Origin: a virus
Length of the DNA stretch: 64,000 bases
Virus record (IMG/VR): IMGVR_UViG_3300031576_000030
Coordinates: 10,969-74,968 of that record
Reading direction: 5' to 3' (one strand)
In this document: positions 45,619 through 55,895 of the stretch, one piece after another
Layout of the letters: each line of letters starts with the position of its first letter
Position numbering within the stretch: position 1 is the stretch's first letter
The notes under the pieces: model-generated
Told to the model about the DNA's origin: nothing
The model's database searches: none
Seen by the model: the letters and a program-made list of their open reading frames with translations, nothing else
Program-made: the position numbers and the translations under genes

Positions 45619-46535
45619 TCCATCAACCAGGGCAACGGGTCCACAATTTCGGCGGGCCAGCCGGGGAGTTGCTCACCCACCACCTTTAACGTGAGGTGAA
45701 GATGATCGCCAAAGGAATTTCCGGTGTCGTCAGCCATGCCGATCTTCTGGCCGCGTACTACTATGTCCCCAACAGATACTAAGACTTGTTGAAGATGTGC
45801 CGATATAGTTTTGACTTCCTTCCCCCCGATCACATGCCGGATGCGGATGTGGATACCGTAAGCACCCACGTCGCTATCCTGAATCCGATACACCACCCCA
45901 TCCGCGCAAGCGTAGACAGGCGAACCAGCCGGCGCACGGATGTCTATTCCCTCATGCCCCGGAAAACCAAATGGCGCGTACATGGCCGGGTTCGCCCCAA
46001 AGCGTTGCGTCACGACAGGGAAATCTGTCGGCCAGGCCAGCCGCCCTTCTCCGCCACCGCCGGTGGTCAGGCGCTCCAGCACGTTGCGCCACACGTTACG
46101 GCCCGAGGTCAGGTCGAGAAAAGCGCGGTCGGGCCATATACCGGCATTCGCCTCGCGCCATACCTCGATCTCCGTGCCCGCCGTGAGCGTCTCGCCCAGG
46201 TATTGGCCGGTGGCGTCCCGAACCTTTGCCGCGCCGGTCAGCCGAGCACGGTACAACGGTTGTGGGGGTAGGGGCAATTGCCCGTCCAGTCGTCGCTTCA
46301 ACTCGTCTCGCTCGGCGGTCAAGGCCACCACCTGTGCCTGTAACGCCTGATTCTCCCCTGTCTCCGGGATCTCAAACTCTGCCGGGTTCACGCCCTTGAA
46401 CGTCAGGCCCACATGCAAATTTCCTACGCCGCGTGCGGCCATCGTCATCAGCCGCTCGGCCACGGCCTTGAATTCGGCCAAGACCTCGGGCGGTTCGTCC
46501 TCGATGGAACTGAGTAATGTCCAACTTCCGCTCAT
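45615..46535 (-). CDS. M23 peptidase endolysin
   Basis: HEGID, SAHL, HLH zinc motifs; SH3-like segment upstream. Confidence 0.9.
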   Translation of the reverse strand: MSGSWTLLSSIEDEPPEVLAEFKAVAERLMTMAARGVGNLHVGLTFKGVNPAEFEIPETGENQALQAQVVALTAERDELKRRLDGQLPLPPQPLYRARLTGAAKVRDATGQYLGETLTAGTEIEVWREANAGIWPDRAFLDLTSGRNVWRNVLERLTTGGGGEGRLAWPTDFPVVTQRFGANPAMYAPFGFPGHEGIDIRAPAGSPVYACADGVVYRIQDSDVGAYGIHIRIRHVIGGKEVKTISAHLQQVLVSVGDIVVRGQKIGMADDTGNSFGDHLHLTLKVVGEQLPGWPAEIVDPLPWLME

Positions 46536-48757
46536 GGCAGTAATCTGTCAATGGCCGCTACGTTGGCATCGATCATCGCCGCATTGTCCTGGATCGCCTG
46601 TCGTCCCGCCTGGATGGAAGCCAAAAGTACACGGATAGCCGCCACGTCGATCTCCCCCGGTGGCGGGGGCGGCGCGTCCACGTAGCGCGCCGTGACCAGA
46701 TCGACAAAGAAATCGGTCTGCCCCGACCAATTTTTCTGGACGGCGATCTGCAACAGCAGTTCGCCATTGGCCGGGATGACCTGCCGTGCCACGAATAGGT
46801 TCCAGGGTCGGCTGGAGGTGGACACATCATGTGTCTGCACCATCTCGGCGTAGCGTCGCGAGTCTCTTATACCGCCTAACGATAACTCGGCCCGGAAGTG
46901 ATCATCTTCCAGCGAGTCATTGGGCGGCGTGGGGCGGTCGGGTGACTCGCCGCAAATATAGGCCAGCGCTTCGACCGTGCGCCCGGGCGTACCGCGTATG
47001 ACCTGCCTGAGTTCGGCGGAGAAGGCGATGGCCGCGAACATCTTGTAGACCAACTGGCCGTCCAGGATCAGGGCGCGCGAACCGTTGAGTTGCTCGCCCA
47101 GCCCCAATTGAGCGGCAAACTTATGCACGGCCTCGGCTGGCCCTCCGGCAATGGCTGGGACGATGTTGCCCTCCTGCATCTTCGTCGGGAAGTACATCGC
47201 CGCGCCCGAGGGGGTCAGCACGAGCGTCCACGAGACAGGCTCTTGGTTGCCATCGGATCGTGTGACCCAGTTGGTATTCTCAAAACCACCGTTAGCGACC
47301 AGACCGTAGTTACCGGGCGAGGGCGGCGCGGGAGGCGGGGGGATCACATCCACCGGCGCTAGAAAATCGGCGCTGACCCAACCCCTCACGCCCACGTCAA
47401 ACAAGACCTCGTACCACAGTCCAGTCGATACATCGGGTTGGTAGCGCGGGTACTCGCGCAGACAAATGCCGCGCTCGTTGAGGTTCAACGTGGTGAGGAT
47501 GTTGCCCATCACATCCGAGCGAACATTGACCATCTGCGCATTGGCCGTCTGCACCCGGTCGTCCAGGCCAAACGGTATCTGGCCGGGCGCGATGGCACAG
47601 GGCGGGACGCCGACGTGGATGTTCGGGGCCACCACACGGTTGTCCACCAGCACCAGGTTCGGCGCGTCGCAGCGCGCCCAACCCGCCGCTTGAAACACGT
47701 TGCCCTGCACCGAGGTATCGCCGATGCGGTAGTGCCAACGCATCCCGTCCCACCAGGCGGCCAGGATGTTGAAGAAGTTTTGCCATTCGCCCAGGATGTT
47801 GTACTTCTGACTGCCATTGGGCTGGTCGTAGATGTTTACTGCTAGGTGCCGCTCAGCATACAACCAACCAAATTCCTTGCCCGCTGGCGGGTAGACGGTG
47901 CCATTGGGATCAGCCATGTTGCCCTCCGCATTGAAGTAGTCAATCAAATACTGCATCACCCGCGTCCCGGCGATATCAAACGGTGCCCAGGCCACGCTGT
48001 TATTCGTACCCTCTGTGAACACAGTAAAGAGCAGCAGATAGGGATCGGCCTGCACTTCGACATCATACTCGCGCATAATGTCGAAATAAGCCAGGTCGGG
48101 GTCGGCATATTGTTCGCGCCAGCGGCTGTCGCGGAAGCGGCCCAACGCCCCGTCCAATCCCCATTCAGTGATGACCAATCGGGGCTGCGCGTCTATCGGA
48201 AGCCAGGCGTACACCGCCCGGTGGCGTAGCATATTGTAGATGTCGTGCGGATTGTATTCGTAGGCATGCATCCCCAGGAGATGCCCGTTCGTTCGGGCGT
48301 AGCGTAGCATGGGCAAAAGCGCCGTCCAGATTGCTGTGCCGCCCACATCCGATACTGGGCGCGAGGGACGACCTGTGCCGAAGCAGCCGATGACGCATCG
48401 GTAGCCACGCGCCTCCATGAGCCGCATACGTTCGATCTCAAAACGCGAGAACCAGGCGGCTTGCTCTGGATTCTCGCAGTTGTTCTCGTTCGGCCCCTCG
48501 ATGAAAGCCGTCTGGGGGACGAATTGGATATGCGGCCACTGGAGCGCCACCCAGGCCCGCGCGCTGCCCTCGGGATCGCCATTGCCCATCTGATCATTCA
48601 CATTGTCGGGGAGTTCGACCCAACGCCAGATGGCAAGGAAGCCTGTCGGCAGGTTGGTGGGGGGATCGCTATTCACCCACTTTCCGCCACGCATGCCCGC
48701 ATCGATCAGAAATTGCGACGGCCCGCGTCCCAGGCCGTGCGTGCCGAGTTTAATCAT
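46532..48757 (-). CDS. Multidomain glycoside-hydrolase-like protein with SH3 and CBM-like modules
   Basis: EGPNE, MHAY and ITEWG (GH clan A-like); VNVRS...GWVSADFL (SH3); NGGFE. Confidence 0.65.
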   Translation of the reverse strand: MIKLGTHGLGRGPSQFLIDAGMRGGKWVNSDPPTNLPTGFLAIWRWVELPDNVNDQMGNGDPEGSARAWVALQWPHIQFVPQTAFIEGPNENNCENPEQAAWFSRFEIERMRLMEARGYRCVIGCFGTGRPSRPVSDVGGTAIWTALLPMLRYARTNGHLLGMHAYEYNPHDIYNMLRHRAVYAWLPIDAQPRLVITEWGLDGALGRFRDSRWREQYADPDLAYFDIMREYDVEVQADPYLLLFTVFTEGTNNSVAWAPFDIAGTRVMQYLIDYFNAEGNMADPNGTVYPPAGKEFGWLYAERHLAVNIYDQPNGSQKYNILGEWQNFFNILAAWWDGMRWHYRIGDTSVQGNVFQAAGWARCDAPNLVLVDNRVVAPNIHVGVPPCAIAPGQIPFGLDDRVQTANAQMVNVRSDVMGNILTTLNLNERGICLREYPRYQPDVSTGLWYEVLFDVGVRGWVSADFLAPVDVIPPPPAPPSPGNYGLVANGGFENTNWVTRSDGNQEPVSWTLVLTPSGAAMYFPTKMQEGNIVPAIAGGPAEAVHKFAAQLGLGEQLNGSRALILDGQLVYKMFAAIAFSAELRQVIRGTPGRTVEALAYICGESPDRPTPPNDSLEDDHFRAELSLGGIRDSRRYAEMVQTHDVSTSSRPWNLFVARQVIPANGELLLQIAVQKNWSGQTDFFVDLVTARYVDAPPPPPGEIDVAAIRVLLASIQAGRQAIQDNAAMIDANVAAIDRLLP

Positions 48758-49127
48758 CCTGTTTCCCCAATCTCTGATACAAGCGCGCCAATTGATCGTC
48801 ATACTCTTTCTGACGACGTTGAATCTCGTCGTAGCATTCTTGTAACCGATTCTCGGCTGCCCTGACCTGTTGACGCACTGTTTCTATATCCTGCTGATGA
48901 TGGATTTTCTCGGCCTCGCCCTGATCACGTACCTTTTTGATCTCAGCCTCCAATTCTGCTTGCCGCTCCCGCAGGCGCTCGTTTTCATCCGAGACTCCCT
49001 GGACGATGCGTTCCAAAGCCAGGAGTGGCGACGGCGTGGCTTTCTTGCGCGCCGCGTAGATGATGGCGATGAAAGACAACACCCCGCTGGCAAACAAAAG
49101 CAATTGTCCCCACAAGGCTTCGCTCAT
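48750..49127 (-). CDS. Membrane-anchored coiled-coil protein
   Basis: N-terminal TM helix then coiled coil; lysis cluster position. Confidence 0.65.
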   Translation of the reverse strand: MSEALWGQLLLFASGVLSFIAIIYAARKKATPSPLLALERIVQGVSDENERLRERQAELEAEIKKVRDQGEAEKIHHQQDIETVRQQVRAAENRLQECYDEIQRRQKEYDDQLARLYQRLGKQDD

Positions 49128-49387
49128 ACGACCCGCCTCCAGGAGATAACGGTCGACGCGCCAATCGAGATGACCAACAGAGCGATGGCCGGTCGGATGA
49201 GGATCACCCGCACATCCGGATCGTCAAAATTCAATAGGCTGAACTGCGTGGTGAAATACATCGTGGTCATCAAGATCAGCGGCGGCAGGGACGGCAGAAA
49301 ACGGGTTGCGCCCGTCTTACGCCAATAAGCAACAATCAGTCCAGCGACGGCGGCGCAGAGCACTGAAACCACCCAGGCCGGTATCAT
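49124..49387 (-). CDS. Small 3-TM membrane protein (holin-like)
   Basis: Three hydrophobic segments; GAGGAGG RBS. Confidence 0.6.
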   Translation of the reverse strand: MIPAWVVSVLCAAVAGLIVAYWRKTGATRFLPSLPPLILMTTMYFTTQFSLLNFDDPDVRVILIRPAIALLVISIGASTVISWRRVV

Positions 49388-49400
49388 CTCCCACCTCCTC

Positions 49401-50195
49401 TTACCACAACTCCGCCCCGCGATACGCCTCGGCCACTTCATGGCCTAGATACTTGGGCCACTGCGGCGCGACGGGTCGCACGCCAGGCCGGATGACATGC
49501 AGCCCTTCGATGCCGTAGACTCGGTCGTCCTCAATCGTCGGATTGATCACGCTCTCAAAGTCATGCTCAAAGGGTGTCTCACCCAAGAAACTGTAGATGC
49601 CACATAACGTCTGCGCCGCGTCCGCCGTCAGGCGCTCGAAGGGCACGAAGTGAATCTGCCGCCCCCAGCCTCGGGCCAGGGCATCTTTGATGCGATTGTA
49701 GGCGATGCCCAAGGGCTGGTCAGCGGCCACCCAGACCTTGCAGCGCTGCTCTACCGTCTGGAAATTCGCGTAGTTGTCCCGCTCCTGCGGCGTCTGCCGC
49801 AATCCGTTCTCGCGCCACAACCTCTCGAAGGAAGCCAGCACGTCGCGGATGTCGCGCACGGTGACGATCACCTTGGGCGGCCCGATCAGGGCGTCGATCA
49901 TCTCCAGGTGGGCCAGCCATGCCCGCGACTTGTCCACCAGGATCGGCTTGGGCTGGTCGTCGTGGTAGTGTTCCAGGATGGCGCGCAGGGTGTTCTGGCG
50001 ACGTTGATTGGAGAGTTCACCGCTGATGGCCCGGTGCTGCTCCAGGCCATCCCATTGATTGCGCAGTAGAAACATGACTTCGACCAAGCCCGAGGTCTCT
50101 GTCGCGTGAATGGCCGGGTTCTGGCTGAGGAGGGCGGCCAACAGGGTCGAGCCGGATCTAGGCAACCCTGATAGAAAGTATATTTTTCTACTCAT
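49401..50195 (-). CDS. Sulfotransferase
   Basis: PAPS-binding loop GLPRSGSTLL, VDKSR, VRDIRDVLAS. Confidence 0.88.
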   Translation of the reverse strand: MSRKIYFLSGLPRSGSTLLAALLSQNPAIHATETSGLVEVMFLLRNQWDGLEQHRAISGELSNQRRQNTLRAILEHYHDDQPKPILVDKSRAWLAHLEMIDALIGPPKVIVTVRDIRDVLASFERLWRENGLRQTPQERDNYANFQTVEQRCKVWVAADQPLGIAYNRIKDALARGWGRQIHFVPFERLTADAAQTLCGIYSFLGETPFEHDFESVINPTIEDDRVYGIEGLHVIRPGVRPVAPQWPKYLGHEVAEAYRGAELW

Positions 50196-51558
50196 CTTCG
50201 ACCAGTATACCTCGGAAGTAGTACCGCCCCAGCATCGTCGTCGCCACCGCCGCCACCGTCACCCCGCCCAAGAGCGAGGTCTCGCCGTCCTCAGGCACCA
50301 GCGGCGTGTACTTTTGCCGCTTGGCCGCCGCCGTCAGCAGAGTCGTCGTCACCGCCGCCAGGTGCTTGGCGGGCGTGCCGGTGATGCCGAAGCGTACGGT
50401 GGGCTGTGTCGTCAGGGTTGTGACCACCGTGGCTATTATACCCATTTCGTCCCACCAGAACTTGCAGCCCACCGGCAGGGTCAAGGTCGTATCCGCCACT
50501 ACCTTCAGATCGATCTCTTTGGACATCAAGACCACGTTGACGCCGCAATAGTTCTGCAAGGCATTGGCCGCCGCCTCACCGTCGTCCTTGCGGTTGATGA
50601 TCATGGCCGCGATATTGGCGGCTTGTTTGATTCGGCCTTTCGCGCTTTTGCCGATGGCTATGGCGTTCTGGGCACTGACGCTGGCAAAATTCCCCACGGC
50701 GACGCCTTGACTACCCGTCGAGGAGACGCTGGCATACGACCCAAGTACTGTACCCTCAATCGCATTCACCACCGCGCCCGCCCCTATCGCTACTGCATAA
50801 CCCGCCAAGGCTGTCACGGCAGCGGTGTAGCCAGACGCCACCGAGCGCGGGCCGCTGACTTCCACCGTAGCGCCGAGGCCAACGGAATACACCCCCGCCG
50901 CGATGATGTTGGACCCGACGGCAACCGCCCTGGCTCCTGAGGCCACCCGTGTCACGCCCGCTGAACGGGTGGTCTGGATGTCCACCGCGTTTAGGCCGCG
51001 CGTGTTGCCGGTGAAGTCCTTGCCAATCAGCGCCGAGCCGCTGGTGGCCGGCACCCAGCGATGCAGCATGCCCGCAGGCGTCGTGGCCTTGGTCGAGATG
51101 ACGCCCTCGTGCGTCTCCGGCACCGAGGCCAGGTCGGGTCCGCCCGCGCCACCGCCCGTGCCCGTCACCGGAAAGCCCCACAGCAGGGCTTCGGGCGCAG
51201 ATCCGGAGGTCAGCACCTGGCCGAAGTCGCCCACCCCGCGCGGTGGCGCGTGACTGACGGCGCGCTTGGCCGTTCCCGTCGCGGTGCGGAATAGATCGCG
51301 CACGGCTGCCGTGCCGGTGAGCAGAATCTTGGGGACGTATCCGGCGACGGCCACCAGGCCGCGCGCGTCGAGGGCGATGCCGTTCGGATCCATCACCACG
51401 CCCAGGCTATCGTCGGTGTAGGAGCCGCTGGTGGTGGTGTCGAAGGCCGTGGCGACGGTCGGGTCCCAGATCACCACGTCGCCCTGGGCCACGGCTGCGC
51501 TGGACTTGTTCTGCATCAGCAGGACAATCGTGCGATTGAGAGCGGTATTGTCAGGCAT
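50188..51558 (-). CDS. Tail fibre/adhesin with YadA-head-like repeats
   Basis: About 14-aa repeats AVAVG/SVGLG/AVAIG/AIAIG; position after hub genes. Confidence 0.7.
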   Translation of the reverse strand: MPDNTALNRTIVLLMQNKSSAAVAQGDVVIWDPTVATAFDTTTSGSYTDDSLGVVMDPNGIALDARGLVAVAGYVPKILLTGTAAVRDLFRTATGTAKRAVSHAPPRGVGDFGQVLTSGSAPEALLWGFPVTGTGGGAGGPDLASVPETHEGVISTKATTPAGMLHRWVPATSGSALIGKDFTGNTRGLNAVDIQTTRSAGVTRVASGARAVAVGSNIIAAGVYSVGLGATVEVSGPRSVASGYTAAVTALAGYAVAIGAGAVVNAIEGTVLGSYASVSSTGSQGVAVGNFASVSAQNAIAIGKSAKGRIKQAANIAAMIINRKDDGEAAANALQNYCGVNVVLMSKEIDLKVVADTTLTLPVGCKFWWDEMGIIATVVTTLTTQPTVRFGITGTPAKHLAAVTTTLLTAAAKRQKYTPLVPEDGETSLLGGVTVAAVATTMLGRYYFRGILVEDE

Positions 51559-51567
51559 GCTTCATCC

Positions 51568-52083
51568 CTATATCTGGGCCACCACGTATTGCGCCGTCAA
51601 GATGCTGCCCGCGCCCGGCGCGGCGTCGAATTCGATCTTGTCGCGGTCGACCGACAGGCCGACCGTGGCCGGATCCACCTCCAGGCCATCGTCGCTCACC
51701 CGATCCACGTACTCGGCAAAGTCGGGCAGGTCGTAGACCAGCGCCACGCCATCGGCGATCCAGCGCGTCAAGCCATGCAGGTGGCCCGCCGCGCCTCCGC
51801 CGGTCGCACCCGATTCCAAGTCCGCCAGCCGCGCGCGGATATGGTTCAGGTTGTCGACCAGACTGGGGCTGCCCGAGGTCGCCGAACTCGCCAACTCGGT
51901 CGTGTCGTATGTCACCCGCGACTGGATGAGTTGTCCGATGAATCCGCCCGGCGGTGTACCCGTGCCGCCGCTGGATCCCTGGCTGCCGCCCAGGTAGATG
52001 GGCGAGACCGACCAGCGCACGCGGTAGGCCTCCAATATCTCGATCAGCGTGTTGGGGAACTCTACGACGCGGTTGAGGGACAT
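51568..52083 (-). CDS. Minor tail protein (hypothetical)
   Basis: Position in tail operon. Confidence 0.6.
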   Translation of the reverse strand: MSLNRVVEFPNTLIEILEAYRVRWSVSPIYLGGSQGSSGGTGTPPGGFIGQLIQSRVTYDTTELASSATSGSPSLVDNLNHIRARLADLESGATGGGAAGHLHGLTRWIADGVALVYDLPDFAEYVDRVSDDGLEVDPATVGLSVDRDKIEFDAAPGAGSILTAQYVVAQI

Positions 52084-52086
52084 GGC

Positions 52087-54552
52087 TCATAGGTTGACAT
52101 AACATGGTTCTCGGAACCAACAGTCACCGAAGTTGAACGTACCGCCACATCGCGGCCCGATGTCAAACGCTCTCAGGTTCACCCCGGCGGAGGCGGTAGC
52201 CACGCTCTGCCAGGAGAGGCCTGCATCCCGGCTGCGGACGACGACCCGGCCTGATCCGCCGTATCCGGTGACGAGGGCATAGGTCTCATGCCCCACGCCC
52301 GCGTCCCCGGCCACATAAGTGTTGGCGACGACCTCCAACCAAAAGACGTTGCCAGTGATGGGCGTGGGCATCGTGACATCGGAGAACGTTCCCCAGGCGT
52401 CCGTGGTGCGGTGCGCCTTTCCAGTACCCGGATGGTTTCGCATCATGATGAGTTTGTCCGCGACGCTGACGGAGATTGCCCCATCACGCAGCCAGCGTTC
52501 GGTAGTTCCGGTGGGCGGGCAGGGCGTGCTCGTCTCGGAACGGATGTCGGGCAACCGCACGCCTTGATCGAGAGAAACGCCAAACGCCGCCAAGATGGAC
52601 TTGTTCCAAACGCCGGTGCTATGGGTGTGGGCATACAGCAGATCGTCATAGGATTCGGGATCGACGTTCCCGCCCAACCAAGCGACCATCGGGCCGAAAG
52701 AACTGGGGATGAACTTGTCCGATCCCGTGACGAAGCACAACGAATCTCCATGCGTCAGTGTCTGCCCCAACCAACAAGGGAAGATCTGACCCGTCACAAG
52801 ATGAATGGCGTACACGGCTCCGCGGTGCTGGGTAGAATCCGCCTTTTCGTACTCGACGGCGATGAAGACGCAGGGATGCGCGCCAGGGTAACGCCCTAAG
52901 TCCGACGCCTGATTGCCGAATAAGTTTGTTTTGCAGATGCCCTGGATAAATGGCAGGCTACCGTCTGGGCCATCGGCGGGTGTGATCTCGGTCGATACGC
53001 CCGCATTGTAAAAATACCAGTGTGGCCTATCCTCCGGGTCGGGGGCGGTTCGGTTGAGATAGAAGAAGCGATGCGAGCCAAACCACTTGGGGCAGGCCAC
53101 GATATAGAACGGGCTGAACGCGCCCGATGGGCCTACCGCCGAGTTCTCGTTCAGAGTAACCAGCGAGGCCCAGTTCTCCCCTCCGTCCGTCGTGACACGG
53201 ATGGCCCCGTCCGCCCAGATATAAGCCACCTGTGGGTTGGAGTACACGGCGGACACGCACATAATGTCCCAACTCGTATTGGTGCGGAGATATTTTGTGC
53301 CCGCCATGCTCGCCGGGAATGTGGCGTATTGTGCGCCGGTCAAGGCCCGCACTGCCACACGACCGTTCGAAGCCGTCCAGACGCTGAAGCCGCTCTCGGT
53401 GCCGTTGTTTGGCCCGCTACAGATGGGGTAGGTGATGATGGGGAACCCACCACCGGGGCTGCCTGACACCCCCAGGCCGCCCGTCAACTTCGGGCAGCGG
53501 AAGGCAATGCGCGCGTCCATGTTGTAGCCGCCCCTGTCCAGCGCCGCCGCCAGTTCTGTCACCGTGTCGATATATACATAATCGCCCATCGCGGTGAAGG
53601 CGGCGCAGCGCGCCATGTCCCCCACGCGAATGAGCGCGTTGCCCGCAATATCCAATTCTGCCGTCTGCTCCAGCGCGGCGAATTGATCCAACACGTTGCC
53701 CGCGACCAAGGCCGCCTGGCTGCCGCTGGTGATGTTCGGGTTGGCGACGACGACGATGCGCTCCGGGGTGATGCCCGCCACGGGCCTCGTCGCTTGATAG
53801 GTGATCATGTTGCCCGTCAGCGGATCGAGACCGCCCCAGATTTTCGCCACGGTGCGCGTGGTCTCGTCGCCGGTCGTCCGGCTGCCGGAAAAGATGTTCG
53901 AGACATTGAAGTAGCGCATAGCGGTCGGGTCGGGCGGCACCGAATCCGGGTTGCCCAGGACTTGGGCGGTGGCCGCTTCCAGACTCAACGAACCCAACAG
54001 GGCTTTGATCTGCTCGATCTTTACGTCCAGATCCAGGAACTCCAGCACGCCGCTCGGATTGACGCGCATCTGCCAGCCGGGATAGGCGATGATCGTGGTC
54101 AGGGCTTCGGCCACAGACCGCAATCCCAAAGGCACCCCCACCCCCACCGGCTGGCTGCCGCCCGAGGCGACGATGGTGTACGAGATGCCCGCCACGCCGC
54201 ACAAGTAACCGATCCAGTAGGCGACCGTCTCGCCGTTCGTCATCAACTGGTCATCGGTGATGAAGTAATCCAGGCAACGCTTGTAGGTGTCACGGCCCGT
54301 GACGACCACTTCCTGCGGCGCGCGCTGGGCCGATACCGATTCGACGAAGCCCGTCAGCACCAACGTGCCCATCTCGCTCACGGTCAGCGTCTGCCAGGTC
54401 TGGAAACTGGCGAAGGGGAAGGTGGCGCGGAAGGTGAGTTCGACCGTCTGACCGGGATGGCACAGCGAGGCCTTGCGCTGGCTACTCCTGAGGTGGGCCG
54501 ACACGTCCACGCCATTCATCACCACGGTTTCCGACAGGTCAGTAACGGGCAT
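52087..54552 (-). CDS. Tail hub/central spike protein with C-terminal propeller-like region
   Basis: LVLTGFVE..VTGRD hub signature; BNR-like TTDGGENW, SRDAGLSW. Confidence 0.7.
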   Translation of the reverse strand: MPVTDLSETVVMNGVDVSAHLRSSQRKASLCHPGQTVELTFRATFPFASFQTWQTLTVSEMGTLVLTGFVESVSAQRAPQEVVVTGRDTYKRCLDYFITDDQLMTNGETVAYWIGYLCGVAGISYTIVASGGSQPVGVGVPLGLRSVAEALTTIIAYPGWQMRVNPSGVLEFLDLDVKIEQIKALLGSLSLEAATAQVLGNPDSVPPDPTAMRYFNVSNIFSGSRTTGDETTRTVAKIWGGLDPLTGNMITYQATRPVAGITPERIVVVANPNITSGSQAALVAGNVLDQFAALEQTAELDIAGNALIRVGDMARCAAFTAMGDYVYIDTVTELAAALDRGGYNMDARIAFRCPKLTGGLGVSGSPGGGFPIITYPICSGPNNGTESGFSVWTASNGRVAVRALTGAQYATFPASMAGTKYLRTNTSWDIMCVSAVYSNPQVAYIWADGAIRVTTDGGENWASLVTLNENSAVGPSGAFSPFYIVACPKWFGSHRFFYLNRTAPDPEDRPHWYFYNAGVSTEITPADGPDGSLPFIQGICKTNLFGNQASDLGRYPGAHPCVFIAVEYEKADSTQHRGAVYAIHLVTGQIFPCWLGQTLTHGDSLCFVTGSDKFIPSSFGPMVAWLGGNVDPESYDDLLYAHTHSTGVWNKSILAAFGVSLDQGVRLPDIRSETSTPCPPTGTTERWLRDGAISVSVADKLIMMRNHPGTGKAHRTTDAWGTFSDVTMPTPITGNVFWLEVVANTYVAGDAGVGHETYALVTGYGGSGRVVVRSRDAGLSWQSVATASAGVNLRAFDIGPRCGGTFNFGDCWFREPCYVNL

Positions 54553-54555
54553 GGC

Positions 54556-55536
54556 TCAGCGGGTCAGCGTCAGGCTCAACCGATACCCGTCCTGACGATT
54601 GATACTATGCTGCGTGGCAAAGACCACCCATAGCGTCGAGGCCGACAGGCCGGTGAATGGCTCCACCACGACCACGATGGATCGGGCGCGGGTGGCGGTG
54701 CGGCCCAAGACCGTCAGGTTGACCGTCTCGGTCAGGCGGTTGAACATGGTCAGGTTGAGATCGGCAGCACTCTGGGCTTGCGATTGTACGTCGATCAACT
54801 CGTGGCTGATGAGGATCGACTTGAAAAACCCTGCGGGCAGGAAGCCGCTGGCGGCGGAAGCGGTGGCCGCGATGCCCGGCGCGCCGTAGACGACCACCCG
54901 GTTGCGCAGTTTCTCGTCGGATTGCACGTAGTCGATGTCGGTGATCGAGCCGGTATCGCCCACGCCGAAGGAGAACGATGAGACATCGCCGCCGACGATG
55001 TACGGCTTGCGCTGGCGGAACTGGATGGTGCCGGCGCTGTCGGCATAGACGATGAAGCCCACGATGCGGGCGATGCTCTCGACGGCGTCCCAGACCGAGA
55101 CCAGGTTGATCGGCTTGGGCGAGGGGACACCGAAGGTGAAGCCCGTGGCGTCGGAGGCATACGCGGTCAGCCCGGCCAGCGACAGCAGGTTCTGCACCAG
55201 GGTTTCAGCGGACACGTTGTTCGCCATGAACGGCACCAGCGGGTCGTCGGAGGCGATGAAGTAATCGACCGCCTTGACCAATGGATCGTAGACAGTGATC
55301 AGGTAATCGCGGCTGGGGCGGCGAATCTTGATCTCCTTGACGATGCCGCTGCTGATGAAGTCGGCCTCGTCGCCGGAGATGCCCAGGTGCACTGTGCTGG
55401 TCGAGCCGACCGCCAGCGTATGGGCGGTGCATTCGACCTCGGCGGTGGCCGCCGCCTGGCTGAAACTCTCGCGGAAGGTGATGGACTTGATGCCCGACAT
55501 GCCGGTGGCGGACATCGCCAAGTCGCGGGCAGGCAT
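54556..55536 (-). CDS. Tail/baseplate hub protein
   Basis: VYADSAGTIQF, RNRVVVYG; paralogous to the N-terminus of 52087-54552. Confidence 0.7.
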   Translation of the reverse strand: MPARDLAMSATGMSGIKSITFRESFSQAAATAEVECTAHTLAVGSTSTVHLGISGDEADFISSGIVKEIKIRRPSRDYLITVYDPLVKAVDYFIASDDPLVPFMANNVSAETLVQNLLSLAGLTAYASDATGFTFGVPSPKPINLVSVWDAVESIARIVGFIVYADSAGTIQFRQRKPYIVGGDVSSFSFGVGDTGSITDIDYVQSDEKLRNRVVVYGAPGIAATASAASGFLPAGFFKSILISHELIDVQSQAQSAADLNLTMFNRLTETVNLTVLGRTATRARSIVVVVEPFTGLSASTLWVVFATQHSINRQDGYRLSLTLTR

Positions 55537-55537
55537 G

Positions 55538-55894
55538 TCAGACCTTGATCAACTCGGCGGTGCAGTCGTAGACCGGGTTGGTATGCACGTGGTCTTGCAG
55601 GCGCGAGGCATTCAGGCTGAGGATGCGGTGATTGCCCAGGCTGCCGACATCGCCCACCAGCGCCACGTCGGAGTTGTTGCCCACCGCCGTGCGCAGCGTG
55701 TTCAAGCCGGTGTTGCCGTTCACGTCCTCATCCAGGATGAAGCGCAACTGGGTGCGCAGGCTGCCCGCGCCGTAGTAGGAGATCGTCTCGGCGGTCGCGT
55801 CCAGCACCTGCTGGATGGCGTAGAGCGACTCGCGCCGCTCCTGGTAGCCTCCGCCGGGGGGATGGATCGTGATGCCGCCTAGAGTCCAGGGCAC
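55538..55894 (-). CDS. Distal-tail-like protein
   Basis: Small gene immediately after the tape measure. Confidence 0.55.
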   Translation of the reverse strand: MPWTLGGITIHPPGGGYQERRESLYAIQQVLDATAETISYYGAGSLRTQLRFILDEDVNGNTGLNTLRTAVGNNSDVALVGDVGSLGNHRILSLNASRLQDHVHTNPVYDCTAELIKV

Positions 55895-55895
55895 G

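Noticed and set aside
50188-54552. Diversity-generating retroelement acting on tail genes
   Set aside because: No reverse transcriptase and no template/variable repeat pair seen in the window.
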